This document shows positions 1-9,794 of a stretch of DNA of 40,238 bases, one piece after another (within the stretch, counting starts at the first letter, position 1; every line of letters starts with the position of its first letter). This stretch comes from Candidatus Omnitrophota bacterium (GTDB lineage Bacteria > Omnitrophota > Gorgyraeia > JAGLLT01): assembly GCA_023140385.1 (NCBI GenBank), contig JAGLLT010000044.1:1-40238 (forward strand), in the 5' to 3' direction. A program made the position numbers and the translations under genes. The notes under the pieces were generated by a model. That model saw only the letters and a list, made by a program, of their open reading frames with translations. It was not told the origin of the DNA and did not search any database.

Positions 1-946
1 TTGAAGGCGCGGGCCTGTTGTCAATAACGGCCAAAAAGGCCGGCATCACCTTGTCTTTTTTATCCCGCAGGCAAAAGAGCTTCTGGCCTTTTTTCATACT
101 GGTCATTAAAACTTCATCAGGCAGGGACAAAAATTTTTTACTAAAACTTCCTGAAATAAAACCGGGGCATTCAACAAGGTTAGTCATTTCATCAAGTAGT
201 TCCATGTCAAAATGCAGGCATCCTTTACACCTGGCGGCAAGAGCGCTAACGCCTTTTTCTATCTTCCGCCTTCTTTCGTTGAAATCTATATCAACACAAT
301 GTTTCTTCACCTTTCTAAAGTAATCCGCGGCGCCCTTAACCTGATAAGGCCCCGGCGCTAAAACCTGATGGCCAAAAGTAACGCCGCCTGATTTAACCCC
401 GGCCAACTCAAACGCAACCGGCATATCATTCCACAAAAGGAGAAGCCACCTGATGGGACGTATAAAGTCGTAGTTTTTATTCCACCGCATATTCTTTTCG
501 CAGGAAATAGAACCAATAAGTTCCTTTATGAGGCCGGGCAGCATAAGGATAGTTTTTTTAGCCGGCTCCTTTTTTATACCGTAAAGGTATTCGCCCTGTG
601 AAGTTTTCCTTATCTCAACATCAATTTCTCTCAAGCCGTTCTTCTTTAAGAATCCCAGAAATGCCCGGGTAGCCTTATTGTTTTCATCAAAGGCCATCTC
701 CTTTGACGGCCCTCTAAATTCTATCTCGCGAGGCTCCTGCAGTTCCCGCACACTCTTTACAAACACAACGAGTCTTCTGTAAGTATCAAAGGTTTCCACC
801 TCTCCAAAGACGATGTGATTACTTTTAAGTATACCGCGGATATTAGCCTTTAGCTGTTTAACTAAAGGATAAATAGAATTTGCCGGCAGCGGCTCTATTC
901 CAATTTCTAACAGTATAGTATTTTTTAAACTATTTTTTTCTGTCAT
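1..946 (-). CDS. glyS: Glycine--tRNA ligase beta subunit, 5' part (runs off the window's left edge)
   Basis: Translated by hand, not in the ORF track: ATG at 946 gives [25 protein letters not shown]..., matching the GlyS N-terminal LLEIGxEELP motif. Overlaps the glyQ end. Alternative in-frame ATG at 958. Confidence 0.9.
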   Translation of the reverse strand, partial: MTEKNSLKNTILLEIGIEPLPANSIYPLVKQLKANIRGILKSNHIVFGEVETFDTYRRLVVFVKSVRELQEPREIEFRGPSKEMAFDENNKATRAFLGFLKKNGLREIDVEIRKTSQGEYLYGIKKEPAKKTILMLPGLIKELIGSISCEKNMRWNKNYDFIRPIRWLLLLWNDMPVAFELAGVKSGGVTFGHQVLAPGPYQVKGAADYFRKVKKHCVDIDFNERRRKIEKGVSALAARCKGCLHFDMELLDEMTNLVECPGFISGSFSKKFLSLPDEVLMTSMKKGQKLFCLRDKKDKVMPAFLAVIDNRPAPS

Positions 947-1784
947 GATTTTTTTCATAATAAATACGGGCGCACCCGGAAGCAAGTTTTCTTACCCTTG
1001 TTATGTAAGTAGCCCTTTCCGTTGAACTAATAGCCCCCCGGGCATCAAGTACATTAAATATGTGTGATATTTTTAAAACACATTCATAGGCGGGAATAGC
1101 CAGGCCGGCGGCAATTAACCGTCCGGCTTCTCCTTCGTACATCTCAAACAATTTAAGATGCAAACCAACGTCGGCCTTTTCAAAGTTATATTCAGAGCAC
1201 TCCTTTTCTCTCTCCCTCTGAAGGTCTCCGTAAGTTATACCCTCTGACCATTCGAGTTCAAAAAGGTCATATTTATTTTGGAGAACCATAGCTATTCTTT
1301 CCAAGCCATAGGTAATTTCACAGGGCACCTCTCCTAACTCTATACCGCCAATTTGCTGCATATAGGTAAATTGTGTAATCTCCAGGCCATCCAGCCAGAC
1401 CTCCCAGCCCAACCCCTTAGCTCCAAGAGTAGGAGATGACCAGTCATCCTCAATAAACTTTAAGTCGTGTTTCTTTGTGTCTATGCCGATATGCCTCAGG
1501 CTTTCAAAATACAGGTCTCTGACATTTTCAGGTGAGGGCTTTAAGATTACCTGATACTGATAATAAAACTGGAGCCTTAGCGGATTATCGGCGTATCTGC
1601 CGTCAGTGGGACGGCGTGAGGGTTGAATAAAAGCGGTATTCCACTTACCTTTATCCAGGCACTTCAAAAATGTAGCTGTATGAAAAGTTCCCGCCCCAAC
1701 TTCAATATCATAAGGATAGACGATCACACAGCCCTTGCTTTTCCAGAAACTTTCTATCGTAGAAACCAAATCCTGAAATTTCAT
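930..1784 (-). CDS. glyQ: Glycine--tRNA ligase alpha subunit
   Basis: [33 protein letters not shown] and EITYGLER motifs. Confidence 0.98.
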   Translation of the reverse strand: MKFQDLVSTIESFWKSKGCVIVYPYDIEVGAGTFHTATFLKCLDKGKWNTAFIQPSRRPTDGRYADNPLRLQFYYQYQVILKPSPENVRDLYFESLRHIGIDTKKHDLKFIEDDWSSPTLGAKGLGWEVWLDGLEITQFTYMQQIGGIELGEVPCEITYGLERIAMVLQNKYDLFELEWSEGITYGDLQREREKECSEYNFEKADVGLHLKLFEMYEGEAGRLIAAGLAIPAYECVLKISHIFNVLDARGAISSTERATYITRVRKLASGCARIYYEKNHDRKK

Positions 1785-1811
1785 TTAAAAACCTTTAATT
1801 TTAGTTGAGCC

Positions 1812-1840
1812 ATTTTAACACAGCAACTTTTACCAAGCAA
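1812..1840 (-). promoter_or_regulatory. Putative sigma70 promoter for glyQS
   Basis: Minus strand TTGCTT-17 bp-TAAAAT with an extended -10 TG. Confidence 0.55.
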
Positions 1841-1868
1841 GATTATATTTTTAATTTTAATTTTACGT

Positions 1869-1928
1869 TATCAACCATCAGCTCATAGCTCTTTGTTTTA
1901 TACGCTATGCGCCATACGCTAAACGCTA
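1869..1928. repeat. Degenerate heptamer tandem repeats, intergenic
   Basis: TATACGC TATGCGC CATACGC TAAACGC at 1899-1926, preceded by TATCAAC CATCAGC TCATAGC. Confidence 0.6.
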
Positions 1929-1951
1929 TTAAAACACGCTTTACACTTTTT

Positions 1952-2698
1952 TTACGTGATGGCCTCTACAAAACTTTTTGATTTTATATTCGTATTAATG
2001 TGGAAACTAATAAAATCGCTTAATATTTTGCTTAACTGCCCTTTCACCTTACTGGTTAAATTGAGCCGCCAGACGTTATCAAAATCGGCCTTTTCTATGT
2101 GCAGCATAGTTGCCAGTGTTCCGTTATAAATCTCAAGAGAGCTTCTGTCGCTGCTAAAACATTCATCACAAAGAAGACCTCCGAGGCTGGTACTAAATCT
2201 GGCTCTTTTTGAAACAGACCTGGCGCAAATTATACAGGAATCTACTCTGGGCTTAAAACCGGAAAGGATTAAGGTTTTTATTTCATATATGTTTTTAACG
2301 GCGGCCGGATTACCCTTTTTTTTCAGGGAAAGCAGAGTTTTTAATATCAGCCTGAAAAGTTTCTCGTTTTTATCTTCATTTATAGTTATAGCATTGAGAA
2401 GCTCAATGAAATAAAAAGCATAGATTGTTTTTTCATAATCTATCCTTATCTCCTTAAAGTAATCTATTAAATCACACTGGCCAACCGTGTAAAGGCCGCC
2501 CCGGTTTTTTTTATAAAAAATAATTTCTGAAAGACTATATAATTCTAAAGAGTTATACGTCTTATTCAGGCCGCCCCTCACCCCTTTCATAACTCCGCTG
2601 ATCTTGCCAAAATCTTCAGTGTAAAAAGTGGCGAGAACTGACGTCTCCCGCAATCTTTGTTTTTTTAAGATTATTGCCCGGCTCTTCTCAACGCTCAT
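1952..2698 (-). CDS. recO: DNA repair protein RecO
   Basis: N-terminal OB-fold (AIILKK..LRETS..FYTEDFGKI), Zn-finger CIIC...GGLLCDEC, adjacent to glyQ. Confidence 0.93.
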   Translation of the reverse strand: MSVEKSRAIILKKQRLRETSVLATFYTEDFGKISGVMKGVRGGLNKTYNSLELYSLSEIIFYKKNRGGLYTVGQCDLIDYFKEIRIDYEKTIYAFYFIELLNAITINEDKNEKLFRLILKTLLSLKKKGNPAAVKNIYEIKTLILSGFKPRVDSCIICARSVSKRARFSTSLGGLLCDECFSSDRSSLEIYNGTLATMLHIEKADFDNVWRLNLTSKVKGQLSKILSDFISFHINTNIKSKSFVEAIT

Positions 2699-2731
2699 TT
2701 AGAATACTCAAGGGGTACGCTTATAAAAAAT

Positions 2732-4030
2732 TCAGGTAAATACCCGAAACAGCCACGTGGCCAGTAAAAAGTAAATCAGAACACCCGTTATATCATTGGC
2801 CGTAGTTATAAAAGGGCCGCTGGCTATAGCCGGATCAATATCCAATTTCTCAAATAAAAAAGGAATTAAAACGCCGATGAGGGCAGCTACAATAATAGCG
2901 GCAAACATGGAAATCATTAAAACCAGGCCAAGTAAAGGATTGCTATCCAGCCAATAGGCCACCGCCCCAACCACAACTCCGCAGACCGTGCCCATTATTA
3001 AAGCCTGCTTTAACTCCTTCATCAATACTTTTATTACCTGGTCGATACTTATAGAGCCCGTCGCCAATCCCCGGACGGTAATAGTTGATGACTGCATACC
3101 TATATTGCCGCCCATACCTGTAATAACCGGAATGAAAAAAGCCATAGCGATAACCTTCTCCAGAGTCAGCTGGAAATTTTTGATAAGACTGGCCACAATG
3201 ATACCGCCGCACAAAGTAGCAATAAGCCAGGGCAGCCTGTACTGGGCGACCTTAAAGGCCGACCCTTTCAAAAGTTCTTCATGGCTGATGCCGGCCATCT
3301 TATATATGTCTTCCGTGTCCTCTTCTTTAATAACGTCAATAACATCATCAACCGTAATAATTCCAAGAAGCTTCTTATCTTCGGCTACAACCGGCACCGC
3401 TAAAAGGTCATATTTGGATACTATTTTAGCCACCTCTTCCTGATCCATCTCCGGATTAACAGTGACGGCCTCACGATTTACCAGCTCACGCAGTTTGGCA
3501 TTAGGCGGGGCTGTGATTAAATTCTTAATCGGCAAAATTCCGATAAATCTATTCTCTTTGTCAACTACATAGATGTAAACTATCTGCTCCTTAGTTTCTT
3601 TAGCAAACTGCCGCAAGGCCTCAATGGCCCGCGAGGTGGTGAAACTCTCATTTAAGGCCAAAAGATTAGTGGTCATAATTCCGCCGGCGCTTTCCTCGGG
3701 ATACTTCATTAGCTCCTGAACCTCCAGCGAATCCTCTTTTTTCATTAGGCGCAAAACATCTTTCTGCTTTTCGCTGGATAGATCGGCCAGTATATCCGCC
3801 GCCTCATCAGGAGGCAGCATTTCAACCATTTTGGAAATCTTAAAACTGGAAAGCTCTCTTAAAAGCTGAGATTCACCTTGCGCCTCAAGCTCGCTTAAAA
3901 CCTGGGCCGCCTTTTCATAATCCAGAGCCGCGAGTATAGCCAACCTGTCCCCATGCTCCTTTTTGCGCAAGACATCCGCTATGTCGGCAGGATGCATCGC
4001 TGACAGTTCCCTGATGTTTTTACTCTCCAT
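2732..4030 (-). CDS. mgtE: Magnesium transporter MgtE
   Basis: MHPADIAD N-domain, CBS pair (SAGGIMT, YDLLAVPVV), TM motifs GGNIGMQS and DPAIASGPFITTANDI. Confidence 0.96.
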   Translation of the reverse strand: MESKNIRELSAMHPADIADVLRKKEHGDRLAILAALDYEKAAQVLSELEAQGESQLLRELSSFKISKMVEMLPPDEAADILADLSSEKQKDVLRLMKKEDSLEVQELMKYPEESAGGIMTTNLLALNESFTTSRAIEALRQFAKETKEQIVYIYVVDKENRFIGILPIKNLITAPPNAKLRELVNREAVTVNPEMDQEEVAKIVSKYDLLAVPVVAEDKKLLGIITVDDVIDVIKEEDTEDIYKMAGISHEELLKGSAFKVAQYRLPWLIATLCGGIIVASLIKNFQLTLEKVIAMAFFIPVITGMGGNIGMQSSTITVRGLATGSISIDQVIKVLMKELKQALIMGTVCGVVVGAVAYWLDSNPLLGLVLMISMFAAIIVAALIGVLIPFLFEKLDIDPAIASGPFITTANDITGVLIYFLLATWLFRVFT

Positions 4031-4682
4031 CTTTTGGCCCTTCTTTTTTATAATCCGGCGTTACCTTGCCGCCGGAGACAACAAGTTTTAAGGCTTCTTC
4101 AACGCTCATATCAAGACATACCAGCTCTTTATCCGGCACCAGAATAAATATCCCTGAAGTTGGATTAGGTGTCGTGGGAATAAAAACGTTTATCATATTT
4201 AACCGTGTCCTGGCCTGCAGTTCTTCTTTGGTTTCGGAGATTACAAAACCGATTGAATAAATGCCCCTGCGGGGATATTCCACAAGAACCGCCTTCTCAA
4301 AGATAATTCTTCCCGAACCCAGAAAAGCGTTGCTTAACTGCTTAATGGACATATATATCTTGCTTATCATGGGCACTTTTAGAAAAAGCCGCTCAACAAA
4401 AGAAAATATTTTTCTGATTACAAAAATTCTCGCCGCCAGGCCCACTATAATTACTGAAGTAATAATACCAATAAAGACAACTCCTTTAAATATCTGAACG
4501 GCATAAGGAAAATAAATATCCGGCAGATAAGGCTGGACGGTCTGAATCAACAAGTTCGATATGGGTTCAACTATATAAGTAAGCGTTTTAATTACCAGCA
4601 GCCTGAATATTACATAAGTCAAAACTATCGGTAATATTACCACCAAACCTGTTAGAAAATAATTTCGCAGTTTTCTAAACAA
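4020..4682 (-). CDS. DUF502 family membrane protein
   Basis: FLTGL N-terminus, VLVEYPR and VFIPTTPNPTSG motifs. Confidence 0.9.
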   Translation of the reverse strand: MFRKLRNYFLTGLVVILPIVLTYVIFRLLVIKTLTYIVEPISNLLIQTVQPYLPDIYFPYAVQIFKGVVFIGIITSVIIVGLAARIFVIRKIFSFVERLFLKVPMISKIYMSIKQLSNAFLGSGRIIFEKAVLVEYPRRGIYSIGFVISETKEELQARTRLNMINVFIPTTPNPTSGIFILVPDKELVCLDMSVEEALKLVVSGGKVTPDYKKEGPKDGE

Positions 4683-4715
4683 CTTTAAACTCCTATGGTT
4701 TAATCAGTTTCACTT

Positions 4716-5429
4716 TTAATAAAAAAATCGATAAAAAATCTGAAAGCACAACAAAGTTACTATTACTCCCAGCACTCCCCCCGCAACAACCTCCCACAAG
4801 GTATGAATTTTAACCCGCACCCTGCTCTGGGCAATCAAGATTACCATTATCAAGACAAGAACCGCCACCAGGCTTTCTTTGGTCACCAAAACAAGAACTG
4901 TCCATATTGAAAAGGCAACCGCCGCGTGGCCCGAGGGCATCCCTCCCCGCAAAGGCTTCCCTTTTTTTGAAAGGGTCTTAGTTAAGATTACTAAAAAAAC
5001 AACAATTAATAACGAAGCAAATGTTATATGCCATGGCGAATACTGAATCCTTAACAAAATGGCTTCTATCTCAAAATCAATGATGGGCCTGGAGAAAACC
5101 AGGTAACCGACTATGAGGGAGTTAATGGCGGCAATTAACACACAGCCTGCTGTTACGTCTTTAACAACCCTTGCCAGCGGATGGAAGTTCGGCGTAATTA
5201 AGTCTATCACTTTCTCCACCGCCGTATTAAACATCTCCGTGATAAGAACCAGGCTCGCGGCAATGGCTACGAGGATAATCTCTGTCTTAGCCAGATTAAG
5301 AAAAAACGATAAAACAACTATAAGGACCGCGCATAAAAAATGCAGCCTCATATTTCTCTGGGTCTTTACGGTATAAATAACACCTTCTATGGCCGCGTTA
5401 AAACTATCAACCAAGGTTCTTTTTTGCAT
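4716..5429 (-). CDS. dgkA: Diacylglycerol/undecaprenol kinase DgkA fused to a PAP2 phosphatase domain
   Basis: SFNAAIEG, EMFNTAVEKVID, KDVTAG, then GGMPSGHAA and SRV...HTLWEV (PAP2). Confidence 0.9.
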   Translation of the reverse strand: MQKRTLVDSFNAAIEGVIYTVKTQRNMRLHFLCAVLIVVLSFFLNLAKTEIILVAIAASLVLITEMFNTAVEKVIDLITPNFHPLARVVKDVTAGCVLIAAINSLIVGYLVFSRPIIDFEIEAILLRIQYSPWHITFASLLIVVFLVILTKTLSKKGKPLRGGMPSGHAAVAFSIWTVLVLVTKESLVAVLVLIMVILIAQSRVRVKIHTLWEVVAGGVLGVIVTLLCFQIFYRFFY

Positions 5430-5859
5430 AGTCTTTCAGGAGGCCTTCCTGCCGTTCAGCCAACTTTAAAAAATCTTTTTTAGTATAATCGCTCCAGCCT
5501 AAAAGATGCAATAAGCCGTGTATTATATAAAGCCTGATTTCACTTATAATACTTTTTTTTAAAGAAGCGGCCTGTCTTCTCGCGGTCTCTACAGAAATCA
5601 CAACATCCCCCAGATATGGCGCTGTCAAAGCCTTGGTGCGGCTGCTTTCCTGATAAAAAGATAAAACATCGGTCGCTTTATTTTTATTACGAAATTTCGC
5701 GTTAAATTTTTTTATCTCTTTATCACCGGTAAAAAGAATACTTACTTCCGTATTTTTACAACCTTCTTTTTTAAAAACAAACTTGCTAAACCGGCACAAT
5801 TCTTTCAAAGGCAAATGATAAAAATTTTGCTCATTTATTATATTTACCTTTAAGGCCAT
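5407..5859 (-). CDS. ybeY: rRNA maturation endoribonuclease YbeY
   Basis: ATDVLSF, LGDVVIS and HGLLHLLGW motifs. Start placed at ATG 5859; the ORF track extends to 5895. Confidence 0.93.
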   Translation of the reverse strand: MALKVNIINEQNFYHLPLKELCRFSKFVFKKEGCKNTEVSILFTGDKEIKKFNAKFRNKNKATDVLSFYQESSRTKALTAPYLGDVVISVETARRQAASLKKSIISEIRLYIIHGLLHLLGWSDYTKKDFLKLAERQEGLLKDYAKKNLG

Positions 5860-5881
5860 TACCGCTCTCTTCGCTCCTCTG

Positions 5882-8086
5882 TTACTCCGCTTCATTATCG
5901 GGATCGGGATACTCCACCCTGCTATGATAAATGCCGGCCAGCAGCCTTGAAAAACTCGCGGATATTTTATGCAAATCCTTTAAAGTTAAATCACACTCAT
6001 CTAACTGGCCGTCAATAAACTTATTGTTAATTATCTTTTGCACAGTCTTCTTAATTTTCTTGTGTGTCGGGCTGGCAATAGCACGCGTAGCCGCCTCGAC
6101 TGAATCAGCGAGGAGAACGAGAGCCACTTCCTTTGTTTGAGGCAGAGGCGCGTTATACCTGAAATCCTCCTCCTTTACCTCACCATCCTTCTTCTCCCGC
6201 TCTAACGCCCGCTGATAAAAATAAAAGGTAAGGCTTGTCCCGTGGTGCTGCCGTATAAAGTCTAAAATAGTATCGCTCAGTTTGTACTTCCTGGCTAACT
6301 CAACTCCCTCTTTTATATGACTGGTAATAATTAAACTGCTCATTTTTGGGGCAAGCTCAGCATGCTTATCATCAAAGCCCATTTGATTTTCACTAAAGTA
6401 CTCCGGTTTGCTCAACTTGCCAATATCATGATAATAAGCGCCGACCCTGGCCAGCAATGAGTTGGCTCCTATACTATCGGCCGCGCCCTCGGCTAAGTTA
6501 CCGACTATTAAACTATGATGGTAAGTCCCCGGCGCTTTAATAACCATTTCCTTCAGTAAAGGGTGATTAAGATCCGAGAGTTCCAGCAGGCTGATATTAG
6601 TTGTAATCTTAAAAAGATATTCGAGCACCGGCAAAATGCCCATTACGATAAAAGCGCAAACCAAACCGTTAATTAACCCCCAGAAACTTTCATATAATAC
6701 AGCTTTACCGTTTAATCCATGCATAAAATCTATATTTATAATAGTCAGGCAGCTCATTAGTCCGACAAAGAAGCCGGCTTTTAAAACCTGAGCCCGCCTT
6801 CTAACATTTTGTACTAAGTATATACCAATAAAGCCGCCGCTCAAACTGTAAATAAAGGTGCTCAACTGCTCACCGGTTATTATACCCACAAAGATACTTA
6901 AAAAAAGCGTCATAACAATAGCCAGCCTACCGTTAAGCAGAATGGCTATCAAAATAGAAATGCTTGCCAGAGGAATTAAGTAAACCGATAAAATCGAAAG
7001 CGATATTATTTTAGCTGACAGAATAATTAAAAAGGAAAGAAGCCCAATTAAAACCAGATACCTCGTATTTAAAAATACCGCGGGTTCATATAATTTGAGA
7101 TAAAGCAGAAAGAGCAGAAAAAACATGATAACAAACGTACTTATACTATAATAATAATATATTTTTGATGTTTTATTGCTTTCCTTATTTTGAATCTCCT
7201 GAGCTTTTTGAAGGTAAAGCGTATGCTGTCCGGTTACAAGCTGGCTTTTAGCAACTATAATACTGTTCTTTTTAATTAAATTCTGTCTGTAGACCGGAAG
7301 CGCTTTGTCTCTGGCTTCCTGCTTCCTTTTACCTGTCAACTCCTCGTTAAAAACGAGATTAGCCGATAAAACCCGGCTTATAATCTCCAAAGATGCGCTC
7401 CTGGCGTCCCGGCTGTCTAATCTGTCATTAATCAACCCTTGAGCAACCTCCAAAGCTTCAGCTTCCGTAATAACTTCATCAACTCCGGCGATCACCTCAA
7501 CATTCGCGCTTCGGTCTATAATGGTTATTTTCTTATCTCTCCTATCCAACTCCTTCTTTTTTTCAGGTACAACTATCGGCTTAGCCATTATCTCCCTAAG
7601 AAGGCCTTCAGTTACCCGCTCTATAGAGCTTAACTCTTTTTCCGCAAGAGCCATAAGGTAAGAAATATAGGAACTCTTTAAACTAATAGAGGTTTTGGTT
7701 TTTAAGGATGACGCTTTACGCTTTTCATTAAGCTTATCATCTTTTTTAAGCAGAGATATTTCATCAAAATAAATAGAAACCTCCGACAGAACCTGCCTTA
7801 CCTCTTCATTGTCTATCTCGTAAACATCCCGGACACCTGCGGCGGCATCTTCTTTTTTTTGCCTTGTCATCTTTTGGTTAATACCGGCCGGCACGTAAAA
7901 ATCACTGGGAGCCTTAATGGTTTTTGTAGCTATATCTCCCTCTCGTAAGCCGCCTTCATAAGGCCGCGGGCCGATGAGAATAATAAAAACGAAAGTGAGG
8001 CAAAAAACTGCTATTAAAAGAAAAGATGTCGTCTTCCTCAATACCGCGCGCGGATCTATAGACTTTAGAGCCTTATATCTTTTCAT
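5882..8086 (-). CDS. 7TM-HD membrane phosphohydrolase (PgpH-like, possible c-di-AMP phosphodiesterase)
   Basis: Large extracytoplasmic domain, 7 TM block, APGTYHHS, YYHDIGK, QHHGT and LADSVEAA, in a phoH-ybeY context. Start placed at ATG 8086; the ORF track starts at 8149. Confidence 0.9.
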   Translation of the reverse strand: MKRYKALKSIDPRAVLRKTTSFLLIAVFCLTFVFIILIGPRPYEGGLREGDIATKTIKAPSDFYVPAGINQKMTRQKKEDAAAGVRDVYEIDNEEVRQVLSEVSIYFDEISLLKKDDKLNEKRKASSLKTKTSISLKSSYISYLMALAEKELSSIERVTEGLLREIMAKPIVVPEKKKELDRRDKKITIIDRSANVEVIAGVDEVITEAEALEVAQGLINDRLDSRDARSASLEIISRVLSANLVFNEELTGKRKQEARDKALPVYRQNLIKKNSIIVAKSQLVTGQHTLYLQKAQEIQNKESNKTSKIYYYYSISTFVIMFFLLFLLYLKLYEPAVFLNTRYLVLIGLLSFLIILSAKIISLSILSVYLIPLASISILIAILLNGRLAIVMTLFLSIFVGIITGEQLSTFIYSLSGGFIGIYLVQNVRRRAQVLKAGFFVGLMSCLTIINIDFMHGLNGKAVLYESFWGLINGLVCAFIVMGILPVLEYLFKITTNISLLELSDLNHPLLKEMVIKAPGTYHHSLIVGNLAEGAADSIGANSLLARVGAYYHDIGKLSKPEYFSENQMGFDDKHAELAPKMSSLIITSHIKEGVELARKYKLSDTILDFIRQHHGTSLTFYFYQRALEREKKDGEVKEEDFRYNAPLPQTKEVALVLLADSVEAATRAIASPTHKKIKKTVQKIINNKFIDGQLDECDLTLKDLHKISASFSRLLAGIYHSRVEYPDPDNEAE

Positions 8087-9041
8087 CCTGTCCCTTTTCA
8101 AATTTTTCATAAGCCGAAATAATTTCCTGCACCAATTCATGCCTGACAATATCTTTGCCGCTTAGATAAACAAACTTTATGCCTTTTATGTCTTTTAATA
8201 CTGCCTGGATATGCACAAGCCCGGAGGGCTTGCCGCCGGGCAGGTCACTTTGAGTAATATCGCCCGTAACAACCGTTTTGGAGTTAAAACCTAAACGGGT
8301 TAAAAACATCTTCATTTGCTCGGCCGTGCAGTTTTGCGCCTCATCTAAAATAATAAAAGAGTCGTTTAATGTCCTGCCTCTCATATACGCCAGAGGAGCA
8401 ACCTCAATGACTCCCTTATCCATGTAACTCTTAACCCTGTCTACCTCCAGCATATCATACAAAGCATCATACAGCGGCCTTAAGTATGGGCTGACCTTTT
8501 CATAAAAATCACCCGGTAAAAATCCCAAACTCTCCCCCGCCTCTACCGCCGGCCTGGCCAAAATAATCCTGCTTGACTCTCCTTTTATCAAACTCTCCAC
8601 CGCCATAGCCATAGCCAGATAAGTCTTGCCTGTTCCGGCAGGGCCTATGCTGACTGTTATATCAAAGTTTCTAATGGCATCAATATACTCTTTCTGCCCG
8701 GCGGTTTTGGGAACTACAGGCTGTCTTTTATGGGAAACTTTTATTTTATCAAGATAAATTTTATCAATTTTTATTGGTTCATCGTTTTTTAGGTTTTTAA
8801 CGGCATAGGCCAGTTCAGATTTTTTTATTACTCCTCCCTTTCTGATGACCAGAAGGACCTCCTTAAATAAATCTATGGCCTTTTTTATATTTTTGTCACT
8901 GCCGCGAACGGTAAGCTTTTCACCGCGCGATATAACGGAAACATTCAACTCCTCCTCAATAAGCCTGAGGTTTTCATCATGCTTGCCAAAAAGCGCGCGG
9001 GCTTCTTTGTTATCCTTTAAGTCAATAGCCTTCGCCGTCAT
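8073..9041 (-). CDS. phoH: PhoH-like ATPase (PhoH/YbeZ)
   Basis: GPAGTGKT, RPAVEAGESLGFLPG, YMRGRTL and DEAQN motifs. Confidence 0.96.
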   Translation of the reverse strand: MTAKAIDLKDNKEARALFGKHDENLRLIEEELNVSVISRGEKLTVRGSDKNIKKAIDLFKEVLLVIRKGGVIKKSELAYAVKNLKNDEPIKIDKIYLDKIKVSHKRQPVVPKTAGQKEYIDAIRNFDITVSIGPAGTGKTYLAMAMAVESLIKGESSRIILARPAVEAGESLGFLPGDFYEKVSPYLRPLYDALYDMLEVDRVKSYMDKGVIEVAPLAYMRGRTLNDSFIILDEAQNCTAEQMKMFLTRLGFNSKTVVTGDITQSDLPGGKPSGLVHIQAVLKDIKGIKFVYLSGKDIVRHELVQEIISAYEKFEKGQDEKI

Positions 9042-9058
9042 ATAGTTCTCGGAAAGGT

Positions 9059-9673
9059 TTATCGGGGAATCTTCAATTTCATGCCGGGCTTAATTAGCTT
9101 CGGCTTTTTTATCTTGTCTTTATTAGCATCATAAATAATCCGCCACCTGGTGGAATTTCCGTAAATTTCCGGACGGCCCGCTATATCCCACAAGGTCTCC
9201 CCTTTTTTTACGGTATATATATCAAATACGGGCTCTTTTATTTCTTCGATCTCCTCTATTTCCTCTATCCCTTCAAACTCTTCTATTATTTCACAGCTCA
9301 ATTCAGGAATTTCTACGGCCTCACCCTTTTTCCCTTCGGCTATAAAGTAACCTTTATTATAAGTACCGGGAGAATCAACCGCGCCTCTCTCAGACTCCCG
9401 TTTTTTCCTTGACTCATTCGCGCGTCTACTGTCTTCCTCAGGTGATTCATATCCCTGAAGGCGTGAAAGATCTACATCAACCTTAATAAATGATTTGGTC
9501 TTCTTGCGAGGCTTCTTCTCTCCGGCAGCCGGAGCACCCGAAAGATACCCCTGATTACCCGACACCTCCTGGTCAACCCTATCCACCGTAACAGTCTCAA
9601 CTGTAACGCACCCGGTAAGTGAAGTTACACCAACTAAAACACAAGCAAGCAAAATAGAATTTTTCTTAATCAT
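9059..9673 (-). CDS. Lipoprotein with a C-terminal LysM domain
   Basis: Lipobox LTGC and C-terminal [13 protein letters not shown]...IYDAN...[20 protein letters not shown] lies before ATG 9673. Confidence 0.88.
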   Translation of the reverse strand: MIKKNSILLACVLVGVTSLTGCVTVETVTVDRVDQEVSGNQGYLSGAPAAGEKKPRKKTKSFIKVDVDLSRLQGYESPEEDSRRANESRKKRESERGAVDSPGTYNKGYFIAEGKKGEAVEIPELSCEIIEEFEGIEEIEEIEEIKEPVFDIYTVKKGETLWDIAGRPEIYGNSTRWRIIYDANKDKIKKPKLIKPGMKLKIPR

Positions 9674-9686
9674 ATTATTTCTCCTC

Positions 9687-9779
9687 AATGAGGACATCAG
9701 TTACAACAACGAAGTTGGTGTAACTGATAAGCCCGAATTGATCCCCCCTGCGTGTTTTTAAAGAAAACAAGGGGGGATA
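9687..9779. repeat. Two-hairpin dispersed element, copy 1
   Basis: Hairpin ATCAGTTACAACAAC-GAA-GTTGGTGTAACTGAT plus ATCCCCCCTGCGTGTTTTTAAAGAAAACAAGGGGGGAT. Second copy at 15246-15341. Confidence 0.8.
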
Positions 9780-9794
9780 TTAACGTCACCCGAA

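Noticed and set aside
1785..1951. T-box or other riboswitch upstream of glyQ (also checked upstream of valS and lysC)
   Set aside because: No AAGGTGGNACC T-box motif or terminator/antiterminator was seen, and the leader is short and repeat-filled.
9235..9295. EEIEEIEEI acidic repeat in the LysM protein
   Set aside because: An ordinary low-complexity linker with degenerate 9-bp periodicity.
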